From the NCBI RefSeq assembly GCF_009914755.1, contig NC_060926.1: DNA of 64,000 bases; one strand, given 5' to 3'. This DNA comes from the human T2T-CHM13v2.0 reference genome, Homo sapiens. The stretch's first letter is position 1; each line of letters starts with the position of its first letter. Of this stretch, positions 43,858 to 55,826 are shown piece after piece. The position numbers and the translations under genes were made by a program. The notes under the pieces were generated by a model, which ran no database searches, had not been told where the DNA came from, and saw only the letters and a list, made by a program, of their open reading frames with translations.

Positions 43858-44263
43858 TGTCAGGCCTCTGAGCCCAAGCCAAGCCATCGCATCCCCTGTG
43901 ACTTGCACGTATACACCCAGATGGCCTGAAGTAACTGAAGAATCACAAAAGAAGTGAATATGCCCTGCCCCACCTTGACTGATGACATTCCACCACAAAA
44001 GAAGTGTAAACGGCCAGTCCTTGCCTTAAGTGATGACATTACCTTATGAAAGTCCTTTTCCTGGCTCATTCTCACTCAAAAACACCCCCACTGAGCACCT
44101 TGCGACCCCCACTCCTGCCCGCCAGAGAACAAACCCCCTTTGACTGTAATTTTCCTTTACCTACCCAAATCCTATAAAACGGCCCCACCTTTATCTCCCT
44201 TTGCTGACTCTCTTTTTGGACTCAGCCCGCCTGCACCCAGGTGAAATAAACAGCCATGTTGCT
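43858..44263 (+). mobile_element. 3' LTR7, truncated (last ~46 bp, approximately U5, missing)
   Basis: Colinear with 38648-39053; stops at ...aataaacagccatgttGCT. Confidence 0.96.
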
Positions 44264-45023
44264 TTACCAATTATTTGTTTGGAAGCAGACTATGATTTCT
44301 CATCCTCTGCAGTGAATGCTGTTGTGGTAATAAGGAGGAGGAGGTTGACCATACTGTGTCTGTTTTTCAATATTTTGGTAATGCTTCCTGATTCTCTTTT
44401 GGGGAATTGCCTTTCCCTTGTTTTAAGTGAAGATGCTGTGTCCCTGTCCCTCCCAAGCTCCCACCTGGCCCAATCTGACTCTGTCCCACCCAGGACATTG
44501 AATCTTAAACAGGCTGTGCAATAGCAAGAGGAGACAAATGACTGTGGCTGCTTCCTTCCCAGTGGTTGTGCACAACCAAGAAAGTGACTGGTTTGTGCTA
44601 ATGCCCAGGTTCCAGTCCCTCTCAGAGCCTGGTTCTCCAACCTTCCTATCAGTTCTTTGAACCATCCAATAATCAACCAGTAAATGTCTTTTCTGCTTAA
44701 GTTAAGTTCTGTTGCCTACAACCACAGAACCCTAAGTGAAACACAATGTGAGCCAGGCTACCTAAGTGCAAATGGGTTAAATGATGTGTCTGGAGCCTAT
44801 AGGGAACTTTAGTTAATTGTGGAACCCTGAGACTCTAATGCCCAATTTACTGCAAAATGGATATGATGTAGAAATAATTATTGGTGAAGAACATTTCCGT
44901 CCACAGCAATAATCATTGCCAAATGACATGCATCTTTTTTCTTCATTAAAATGTTTTGAATGTGCTTCTCTGTCCTGTGTAGGACATGGATGTATTTAGG
45001 AAAACATTTTGGGAAACTATCAC
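44261..45023 (+). repeat. Direct repeat copy 2 (763 bp)
   Basis: Matches 37891-38647 apart from 4 substitutions and two indels of 1 bp and 5 bp (manual comparison). Confidence 0.99.
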
Positions 45024-45275
45024 CATACAGCCAACCTCTGTGTTAGACTTAAACATTAATATTGCAAAATCTTTTATTTCTCCTAATAAATACTGCCTAA
45101 TCTTAACATTGCTGAAACCCAACCACATGAATCATACTTTATATGTGATAGTTTATGTCGATGATGGGATTTTTTTTTCTCCCCTTTAAAGTTCTGGACT
45201 GAAAAGAGAGTGGAACAAGAACTACCAAGTACCCAGAACAGTCCTGAAGGCCCATTAGGCCACGGGGGATGAGCC

Positions 45276-45480
45276 TGATGATGTTCTGGTAAATGTTTCA
45301 CAGCAGATTCTCCAAAAAACAAAGCTCTGATTTCTAGTGCTTGCAAATTTCTGTGGTAAACATACTCCTACCATGGCCAATGTCAAGCTACTAATATGAT
45401 GTCACCAAACACAGAATTGGAAAGAGGTGTACACAAAGGGCTCTCACAAGCTGGTGCTAACTGGCTCCAGTGCCCCACTG
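45276..45480 (-). mobile_element. MER63-like hAT MITE
   Basis: ccatggccaatgtcaagcta...ggctctcacaagctggtgctaactggctccagtgccccactg. Confidence 0.7.
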
Positions 45481-45894
45481 GAAAGGTCCCTCCTGATCCC
45501 TCTCCTCTAACTGAGTCCAAGGAAGGACCTCCAAGGAACCAGCAATCCATTACTCTGGTGGCTCGTGTTCTTCTTCTAGAAGAAACATTTGAAACCTCTG
45601 TGGTGAAGTTGATCTCTGTAAACCAGTCAGCTAACTAATGGGTAATAGAAGTGTCTCTCTCTTCCTACCTGAGAATCGTCCTCTGCAATGTCAGAGTGAA
45701 CAGAAATGATTCATCATGAATAGGCTTGCTAAGTGAAAAGCATCCTTTAGTTTCCATTCAAGAGAATGTTCATTTAAAGACAAAGCGACCTGCTTTAGCT
45801 ATGAAAAACAAATGAGTTGAAAATATATGCTTTTTTGCAAGAAAAAAAAATCACAACTCAAAGGCAAAGTATACTAAAGTACAGTTTAAGACAG

Positions 45895-46125
45895 AGTAAT
45901 GTCATGGTGAAGAACATGTGCCCTAAATCCAGCAATCTGGACTTGAACACTGGCTCAGCTTCTGGGGGGCTGCAACTGCCCTTGGGCAAGTAACTTAAGT
46001 TACAGAACCTCAGTTTGCTCCTCTGCAAAATGAAAATGTCAATAGGGTTTCCATGAGAACTTAGATAATAAGATGCAAGTAAAGGACTTGGAACAGAGTC
46101 TGGCACCTGGTAAGTTGTTAACGTC
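45895..46125 (+). mobile_element. MIR
   Basis: ccttgggcaagtaacttaa...cctcagtttgctcctctgcaaaatg core. Confidence 0.7.
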
Positions 46126-48739
46126 ATTGCCCTTTGATTGTCCAGTCTGCCCTTTCACAGAACTCAGCGTGTTTGGGTTTCCTTTCCTAAGATGCAGCAG
46201 CTGCCAGTAAAGTCCATTCACCCCAGAATAAGGGTCTGGTAAATGAACTATTTGCAGAAAGCCAGGCCTTGCAGGGTGCTTTCAATGGGCAAGAGGACAC
46301 GATGACAGGTGCCGACGAGGTATTCCTCTCCACTTCCTGGGAAAGAGGGCAAGCCTGTAACAGGTGCAGTCATGGGGGCCCCAGTAGGGGATGGCTGAGA
46401 GGATGAAGCTTCCATTTTCAGAGTTTGGATGAAAACAATCAGAGCCCCTTTTCCAGTGGAACTTGTAACTGCTTACTCATCACAAATAACTTAAAGCATG
46501 TCATCACCATTCCTGGCTGCAGGAATGAATCCTGCCCAGAGAGGAGATCTGTTTTCTTCCTTAAAGCCCTAAGAGTGTTCTGCTTCAATTCCCTGTGTGG
46601 GACATAGATATATTAAATACAAAAAAAAATGACCATAAAGTGAACATTAAGGTTGAGAAATGAGGTCTGAGGATGCCAGGAAATTCAAAAGTAAGTGTTC
46701 CCCCAGCACCTCTAATTCAGCCATCTTTGCAGTAATGCATCCTTTCCGATTTCTGAATCCTCAGCGGAATTCCCATTTCACATAGACTCTGGATCCTTCA
46801 ACTAAGCCAGGGGAGGGATGTTTGGGGGTTCCTCTCCCTCCTTCTCATTTCCCCAGGTCGTGGGAAAATCCTGTCTAGGACCCTTCCACCAAGACCTTGA
46901 ATGAGGCCAGGCATGGCAAAGTACTCTTGAGAGCCCCAGGGAGGAGCTCAGCCCCAGGAGGCTGGACTAGTTCCTTTCCCAGCCCCTCCCGGAGAGCCAG
47001 GAGGCTACTCCTGGCTCCACATAGCAAATGTATACATGCAGATATCCAGGATGCATTAGTGGTTCGACACAACTGATGTGCTCAGGCACCTCCGGGGTAC
47101 ATTAGTTGAAGTGGCTACGGCAGCTGGTGGCTCCTCTTCAGCCATAATTTATCTATTGCACTTTACTTAATGTGCAAAATTAAATTTATGCTGAATCTGT
47201 GTGTATTACCTACTGTGCATGAACGGCATGAAATATACCACAAAGCAAATCAGCACAGAGCCATGCTCTTAATTGCTAATGGCTTTCAACACACTTCATT
47301 GTGATCTAAACCAACTTGGAATCCATTCTCCATTGAGAATCCCACTCATATCGAGGTTGAAAGTGCTTCTTCCGAGAACCTTCTGGAGAACTGAAGGAGA
47401 CAATGAGCAATGCTTTTAACTCAATCTTTCTAGAACACATGTTCTCTAGATCACAGATTCTGCACTTTTCACTAATATCGTGATCAATACAGTTGCTACA
47501 AAGGGCATGGATTTGCTGAAAACTAAGCAAATCAATGTGAAATATATTTTCGAAGTAAAATAAAGGAAATAACCCAAGATTCAGTCCTAGTTCTGAAACT
47601 GCCAGTCTATGGGACTGGCTCTGAGTGTCTGGTTCCATGCATTAAAACTTAATAATTGGAATAATTGATTTCTGCATCTAATTAGAAAAAAAATCTATAC
47701 AACCAAGTAAAGTAAATTTTATAAAAAACAAATATCTCAAAAGAAGCTTTAAAAAAATCTGATGTCACATGCATCCACACACATTCTCACACACCCAAAT
47801 TTACACAAAGCAGAAATTAATTCACGTTTGAAATCTGATTCCACAAAGGAATTTAATTGAGGAATCAGAAAGGAAGAAAATAAGAAGTACACGGGCAATG
47901 GAGAAAATTAAATGTGACTATGTGTCTGCCAACAGTAATTATTCAAAATGTTTTCTGTGTTTCTTATCATTTTAAACTCTGCTTTAAAACTACAGAGATC
48001 ATTTCTCATGAAAAGAAAAAGTTATTTGCTCTGCTGTTTACATTTGTACTGGAAAGGAGCCATCTGTGGAAATCTCATATTCCTCCCTTGAAAATAATTT
48101 GTAATTCTCCTCGCCTAAAGGACAGAGGAAAAATAAGAAAACCAGTGACTATATTACTTTTTAGATGTTATCTTTACATATTTTTCAGTAGGTAACTATG
48201 AGTATAAAAATTTCAAAAATATACCAGCCTTGTGAAGCTCAGAACTTTTACAAAAATAAGGAAATTATGTTAGGAAGAGTCAGAGTGATCGTTTTATTTA
48301 TTCTATTCCTCCTTGTTATATCTCCCATGTTAAAATCGGGACATTATTCACTAAGGATTTTAATCTAACATTTCAAAGGTTTTGTTCAGTTATAGTGGTT
48401 CTTGATCTTCTGTGGTTTGTGATTGAAAAACTAAAATGTAGATATGAAATGGCATTCATACATAAATAAGTGTACATACATGTACATGCATTCTTTCAGT
48501 CACTGTCCTGTTGGATTATAATTGTTTGAATAAGTATGTATGTAGAAATGGGTTTCCCCATCACTTCTATTTTTGAATGCATAAATTACATTGTTTTCTG
48601 ATTATTTAATGGTAGTAAACATACTTCTAGAGGTGAGATGCACTAGTGGCATCTGAGTCATTTTCTTTTTCTGAAAAAGCTATGTTAAAATCAAAGGCAA
48701 CTCTCAGTAGAAAACATTAATTGAGCAACTACTAGATAT

Positions 48740-49120
48740 AAGGCTTAGATCTGAAAAAAAAAAAAAGTAACTTTGCCCTTGCCCTATGGGAGCATGTAAT
48801 TAAGTGACAAGGATAGACATGTACACAACTAATTCTAGTACTTGGTAAAGAGTAGTAGTTAGGATAGAGTGATGCAGGAAATAGTGTGCTGGGGCTCTGG
48901 GAGATCTGGAGGCTACAGTGATGTGTCAGCTGTCTTAGAAAATGAGTAAAACTTTGGTTGGAACACAACTGGGGGAGATGGGAGTGAAGAACAAAGGCAG
49001 AGGTAACTGCTTGAAGAACCATCTGGGTAAATGAAGAGGAGGCAAAGTGCCAAATTGTCAAGTTCCTTAAGATAGATGCATAGCTTCTAGCAGAGGCTGC
49101 CCTTGACTGGCTTAGAATGG
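48740..49120 (-). mobile_element. L2 fragment
   Basis: Decayed L2-like sequence. Confidence 0.4.
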
Positions 49121-50729
49121 GGCTAAAACAAAACAAAACAACAACAACAAAAACCCAAACAACAAAACAACAAGCAAACCAGCTGCGTCTCCCTTTTCTA
49201 GTCACAAAGACAAATTCATATCTTCATGATCACAAGTTTGCTCTACTCAAGAAGAAAATGATTTTATTCCTAATTCACAAAAGTTATAAGCTTGTTTTTT
49301 ACCTTCACTATTTTAGATAGTTTAGCTACAAGCATGGCTAGAAGAAATGAGGACATTGTCCAACTCATTTTAAAATTCTATCTGTGATATTTTACTAGGT
49401 ATGTTTTGGAAAACATGCTTTGCTAGGTTAACTCTTTGTTTTTCAAAAAAGGAATTCCTCTTCCTCTCTCTCTCTCATTGTCTTTCTTCAACATCAAGGG
49501 GCTTGAATTTGAGCCACAAAATAAAGTTGAAAGATATTTTCTTTTAATTGAACATTTGCATGATATGGATGTTAAAAATCAAAGAGGCTTTAGGTTTAAA
49601 CCTTCCATTAAATTCCCCCACTTTCCTCTTCTCTGGGAGAGAATGCTTATTTACCCTGCTGCCCCAGGCTTGGTCTTCCCATCTCATTCAACACCAAGAC
49701 TTTGTCAAAAGAGAGGTCAGTAGCCTCTTGGAATCTTTTGGAGATAGATAGAGCCTAGTAACCATTTCCCACAGTGGGGTTATCTGCTATCTGCCAGGGT
49801 TGTTTTCCTGAATGATATCTGATCAAACTACCCTGCAGTCTCTAAAAGCACCCAAGGGGGACTTCACTAACTTCTTTCTCTGCTTTCTATCAATCAGCCC
49901 AAGCCAAGATAATATGTGATCCAAATATTTTTTAAGTGTCAACAGAGACCTTGGTGATTGGGTATACACTTAGATAAAATCTGATTTATATTCTCTAATC
50001 TAGCTCATTATCCTAGATGGTTCCACTGATTTCCACTATGTTGTCCCTAATGTCAGGATCCAAAAGAAACCCTAGCAAATTTGCATTCTTTCCTTCTTGT
50101 TTTGGCCCAGGGACATTACTCATTGAAATTTAAGTGATAAGCAAAGGAAACAAACTACCTTGGAATTTGGCTGATTCTCTGGATCTCTGACCCAGTGTAG
50201 GGAAACTTCAAACCTCTAATCTCCAACATGCAAAATGGCTCTAAAGACTGGAAGCAATGAAATTTCACTAACTTTGCAAGAGAAAATAAAGCACCCACAC
50301 AAAGTAAAATGGAAAGAGTATGTTCATGGCCAGCATTTTTCTCATACTTTCCATTCAGATTTTCTGATTTTTTAAATGAAATTGAAGATTGCATTTTATT
50401 TTCTTTTTCCTTTAAAACTATCAGCTTAAATGTCCAAGGTGCATTTAATGTCCAAGGTGCATTTGACTAAAGTCAATTTACTAAATTATTTTTCTTAGTG
50501 TTCCTCGACAGTGAGGAAGATTCAGCAGGAGTAGAGGGCCCAATCTCTTTAAATCTGACCTGAAATTGATTGCTCCAGGTATCAGTTATTTTCCTGGATG
50601 ACGTGGGAATTGTCACTAGCCATGAAGCAAAACCTCTGGTTTTCCCACACAAGACCTATCCCAAGATTGGCAAGCACATTCCTATCTAAACCCTTCACGA
50701 CAAATTACCACAGCCCCTTTTACCAAGTT

Positions 50730-51110
50730 AATTATAGAACCAAGGGGCTGGAAGGAGTGCCCAAGACATCATCTGGCCCAGCCCTCCATTTAAATCATCT
50801 CAGACAGATGGAAATCTATCCCGTTTTAAAAGACCTCCAGAGGGGGAGATTCCACAAGCCCAGTCAGTTACCCACTCGGCTGTTTAACAACCCCTGTCAG
50901 AGAGTCTCCCTTTATCTGTAGCTTAAATCTCACACACTGCACTTTAGGCCAATTTCTTCTTGTTCTGAAAGCCAACCTTCACATACCTGAAGACATTATT
51001 AAGGCATCTCTCCAACTTCTCTTCTCTGGGATGATCAATCCCAATTCCTTCCACTTGTCCTGGTAAATCTTACTTTCTAGCTTTTAATCATCTCTATGAC
51101 TTTCTCCTGA
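50730..51110 (-). mobile_element. L3/CR1 fragment
   Basis: aaagacctccagagggggagattccacaa...tttaacaaccc...aatcccaattccttc. Confidence 0.5.
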
Positions 51111-51167
51111 ACTTTGGTATACTTAAAGATTAATTGGAGATACAGGTGGTCATTCATGTCTTTGAGG

Positions 51168-51567
51168 CAGCAGTTCTCAAAACATTTTGCTCTCAGTACC
51201 CTTTTGACACTCCTAAAACTGAAAACCCCAAATAAATTTTATTTACATGGGTTATATTAGATTGGTGCAAAAGTAATTGTGGTTTTTGCCATTGAAAATA
51301 GTATCTATTAATATTTTCTAGATTAGAAATTAAGACTGAGACCTCTCTAAGACCCAAAATACACATGTAAGCAGTCCATTATCTGTCAGTGTGATGAAGT
51401 CATCACGTCACATAGCCTTTAGAAGACTCTATTGTATACTCATGAGAGAATGAAACTGAGAAGACAAATAACATATTTGTTTTATTATAAAGTAGTATGA
51501 CTCTGAAGACCTCCTGAAGAGTCTGGGAGATCCTTGTAGTCCCAGGACCACATATTGAGTTCTGCTG
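51168..51567. mobile_element. hAT-Charlie-type DNA transposon fossil
   Basis: cagcagttctcaa 5' end and ttgagttctgctg 3' end (imperfect TIRs); exact family not determined. Confidence 0.55.
51257..51297 (+). mobile_element. Half MADE1 (single Hsmar1 TIR)
   Basis: TA + ttagattggtgcaaaagtaattgtggtttttgccattgaaa. Confidence 0.85.
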
Positions 51568-53640
51568 TTTTATGGAAAGTGTGGCACTATCCTCAGAGTA
51601 GACCTGGATATACTGGCAGTCAGCAAGTAGTGTAGTCTAATCTCAAATCAAATTACACTACATTATACAACAAATTAAAGCCTTTAACTATCAAACATCC
51701 ATGCTATCAACCTTAGAAAAGTTAAGAGAAACTTATTAAGTTTAATAAGAGAAGAATAAACTAATTTTTATTAACAAAAGAAGAATAAACTGATTTTTGT
51801 TGATATTTTTTATGGGAAGACATAGTAGTGTCAGCGTAAGTGGAAAGGCAGAGGGAGATTGTGCCTTAAGAGCAAAAGCAGATTCCCTAACATGCAATCC
51901 TCTTATATCACACCTAAAACCATTCTACTTATTCATTGTTGACTTGGGCATAGTAAGTTGCTTGCTTTTAAGCAATAGAGCTACTCAAATCCCTTGCTTT
52001 ACTACTGTTTTCACAGCCAAAACCAGCCCTGGCTAGCAGATCCTCCCCAGGTCTGCCTGTCCATTCCTAAGGACTCTTCGGTGATAATGGGACATGGGGA
52101 AGGGGAAATGTCTTTGAAAACTCCTTTTTCTGGTTCAATCCTAAGTCAGATGCTCACATACCTTCCTTTGTCTTTATATGTCCTTCCCAAATTTTGTATT
52201 GTTTTCTTTTATACCTGAGAAACTGCTTCTTTTTCTCCACAACTTCATGTTTTCAAATTGTTAGCCTAAGTGTTGTTTAACATATTTATAAGGCATTATA
52301 GGTTTATCAATCAAGTACCAAGTATTTATTACCTACTCTGTATTCAAAATTCTGCTAGTCATGGTAGGTACATACCACAGAGGCATAAGTCTTATTTACT
52401 ATCTCTAGGGACTTACAGTCTATAATAGAGACAAAATAAAATAAAATGCACATATAACAAAAATACAATTAAATTATAAACTGCAGAGTACAGACTAAGT
52501 ATTATAGGAGTTGTCAGAAAGAGTATCTCTGTTAACACGTGAAATGCACCACACGCATTAAAAAAGGAAACTATTTCAGCTATGGCATAGGTGAATTTTG
52601 AGTAGTTTAAAATATATTTCTTCTGAAAACTTTCAGGGTTGTTCTTACAAGCAGGCCTCAGCCTGGGCTAGACCACAAATGCTCCCCAACTCCCCACCTC
52701 CCACCCCAAACTGAGGCCTGCCTCCCTCTCCTCCCATCCCTGGCTCTCTTCCTGAAAGGAGAAGCATCACATGCATGAATGAGAACCCCAGCACATAATG
52801 CAATCTAAGTCCACAGCCACACCCCACAAAACAGCCACCCTTGCTACCCCTTGGGCCTAGCATGAGCCCACCAGAAGCGTGGTCAGTCTTGAGGAAGATG
52901 AAAGAGGTGCTAGGGAAGAGGCCCATGCAGGTGTGGGAGCAGGCTCAGTCCCTCTGGGCAACAAATTCTAGGTTCCTGGTACCTGAGATGTACCTGAAGG
53001 GAGATGGTAGAGTACAAGCTCCAGGTGGGCTGCCTCTTGACCCCTTAGAATCCTCCCCTTGAAGTGGGGGAAGCACCTGGACTTGAGCCAAAGGAGGGTT
53101 TCTAAAGTTTGGGATCCAAAGCAGGGACCCCAGATGCCCAGGTCTAATGGAGGTAGCTTTAAAATGAAGAAATTCCAATATAAAAGTCTTTCAAAATAAA
53201 TATTCCTCGTATCAAAGTTCTTTCAATACCCTTTCAACTTCTTAATTTACATATTTTCTTCTCTATTAAAGGAGATGTGTGCTTTGATTAGATTTTCAAA
53301 TTTCATAATGTTTGTTTTACATAGATCACCTTAATTTGCTTCTTAGTATTTACACACATAAAAGTTTTAAATGCACTTTCCTAGAAATTTTCAAATGTAT
53401 CTGGACTTAAGAAAAAAAATGCAGCCCCAGAAAAGTAAAGCTTTGCAAGTCAAGTAACATTTTGAACACACACTAAAGCCTAATGAAATATTCCTCTTTT
53501 TTGTCTGGTAAATTCTCAATTCTCATTCTATTTTTTAATGATAATCATCCTCTAAATCAACCATCACATTGTATTTAATATACATACAATTTTTTTGATT
53601 TCTTGGTAACAGTCAGACTTCTAATTTAGCTACATTTCTT

Positions 53641-53942
53641 TTCTTTTTTTCTTTTTTTGAGACAGGGTCTCACCCTGTCACCCGGGTTGGAGCACAATGG
53701 CGCCATCACAGCTCACTGAAGCCTTGACCTCCTGGTCTCAAGCAACCTTCCCACCTCAGCCTTTCAAGTAGCTGGGACTACAGGTATGTACCACCACCGC
53801 TGACTAATTTTTTTAAATTTTGTGTGGAGGTGGGGTCTCACTGTGTTGCCCAGGCTGGTCTCAAACTCCTGGACTCTGGCGATCCTCCAACCTCAGGCTT
53901 CCGAAGTGCTGGGATTACAGGTGTGAGCCACCATGCCCAGCC
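53641..53942 (-). mobile_element. Alu (AluJ-type)
   Basis: Antisense dimer; TSD tacatttctt at 53631 and 53943. Confidence 0.93.
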
Positions 53943-54299
53943 TACATTTCTTCAGGAATATCTTTTTGTGTGTATTTTCCCTTGAGGGATTCTGACTCTA
54001 CTCTCTCTATTCCCTTCATCTTTCTAAATTAGTGATATTTTCCTGTCCCTGGTTAAAAAAAAAAAAAGAAAAATATATTTCTAGAATATAGAAATGAAAT
54101 ATGGAACCAAGAAAAGATATATTAGAGAAAATGACATGATATTTTTTCTCATGAGTCCTGATTTGTGGGCCATCCCAGCATGGTCAACATTCACAATAGT
54201 TGGAAAGCAATTTACTTTATTACTACAGCTTCTCATGAACATACTATAGGCAGAATATAGTCACAATATAAAGAAAAACTTCTTTAAAAGCCTATTTTC

Positions 54300-55030
54300 T
54301 ACTAGAAAATGGGCAAATGACTTGAACAGACATTTCACCAAAGAGGACATATGGATGGTAAATAATACATTAAAAAATGTTCAACATTATTAGCCAGTAG
54401 AAAAATGCAGATTAAAACTACAAGGACATATTAGCACTATAAACCTATTAAAATGGCTAAAGTAAAAATACTGATAATATCAAATGCTGATGTGGAAGCA
54501 GAACAACTAGATTTTTCAGACATTGCTGGTAGGAATGTAAGATGGCACAGTTACTCTGGAAGTTTGTCAGTTTTGTATACAGTTAAACATATACTTACCA
54601 TATGAACCAGCAATCACACTTTTGCATATTTTGCCTAAGGAAATCAAAATTTTTGTTTCTACAAAAACCTGTACACAAATGCTCACAGAAACTTCATTTG
54701 CAATAGCCAAAATGATCCAAAGGTCCTTTGATGAGTGAATGGATAAACAAACAGCATTGCATTTGTTCAGTGAAATGTTCCTTAGCACTAAAAAGGAATA
54801 AAGTATTGATACATGCAATGACTTGGATGAATCTCAAGGGCATTATGCTGAGAGGAAAACCGATCTCCAGGGGTTATGGGCTGTGTGATTCTATTTATGT
54901 TCTCAAAGTGACAAACTTATAATGATGGATCAGGATGGAGTTAGATGAAGAGTGTGATTTTTAAGGAGTAACTTGTGGGAGTTTTTTCTGTGCTACAACT
55001 GTTCTATATCCTGATTGTAGTGACTGACAA
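54300..55030 (+). mobile_element. L1M 3' fragment(s)
   Basis: gggcaaatgacttgaacagacatttcaccaaagagg...ggatgaatctcaagggcattatgctgag. Confidence 0.8.
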
Positions 55031-55513
55031 AGCTGTAAAATCTAATGCCAAAAAGAATAGGCAGCAAACACTGACCTGCACAAGCTCTTCCCAAAGGGTA
55101 GTCAGTACTTGAGTATTTGCATTTTTGTCATGGATCTGCTTTTCACAGTGCATTCACTGCACTCTGATTCTCAGTGTGGCCCTCTGGAGTTGGAAGGGCA
55201 GTGTCAGTAGCCCTCACTGATTCAGCAAGTCTAACCATCACCCAGGTGGTTATGGAAATGGGCAGATGAAAAATACCCAGGCTCCTAGAATTTTATTCTG
55301 TTAACTTTCTCACCACATCTCCTCTCAACCAGACCCCAGGTAGGGAAGTGGAAAGAGAGGGTAAACTCTGCTCAGAACTATTTTTGGGTATTGAAGATAA
55401 TGATTCTGAGACCCCTAGAATTTTCTCTTCCAACTGGGCCCTCATATTGTGATCAGAGGCTGTCATACACTACGAAGGAACTCATGGGTTGTATTTTTCA
55501 TCTTCTCAACTAA

Positions 55514-55826
<313 letters not shown>

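Larger units (their letters stand above)
38648..44263 (+). mobile_element. HERV-H provirus, common internally deleted (RTVL-H2-like) type, 3' LTR truncated
   Basis: Two LTR7 copies 5210 bp apart, His PBS, leader repeats, gag zinc knuckle, pro/RT/RNase H/IN remnants, polypurine tract; env essentially absent. Confidence 0.97.

Noticed and set aside
44201-44524. 107-aa chimeric ORF fusing an LTR R frame to the duplicated flank
   Set aside because: Starts at TTG, has no recognisable domain, and is a by-product of the junction with no evidence of translation.
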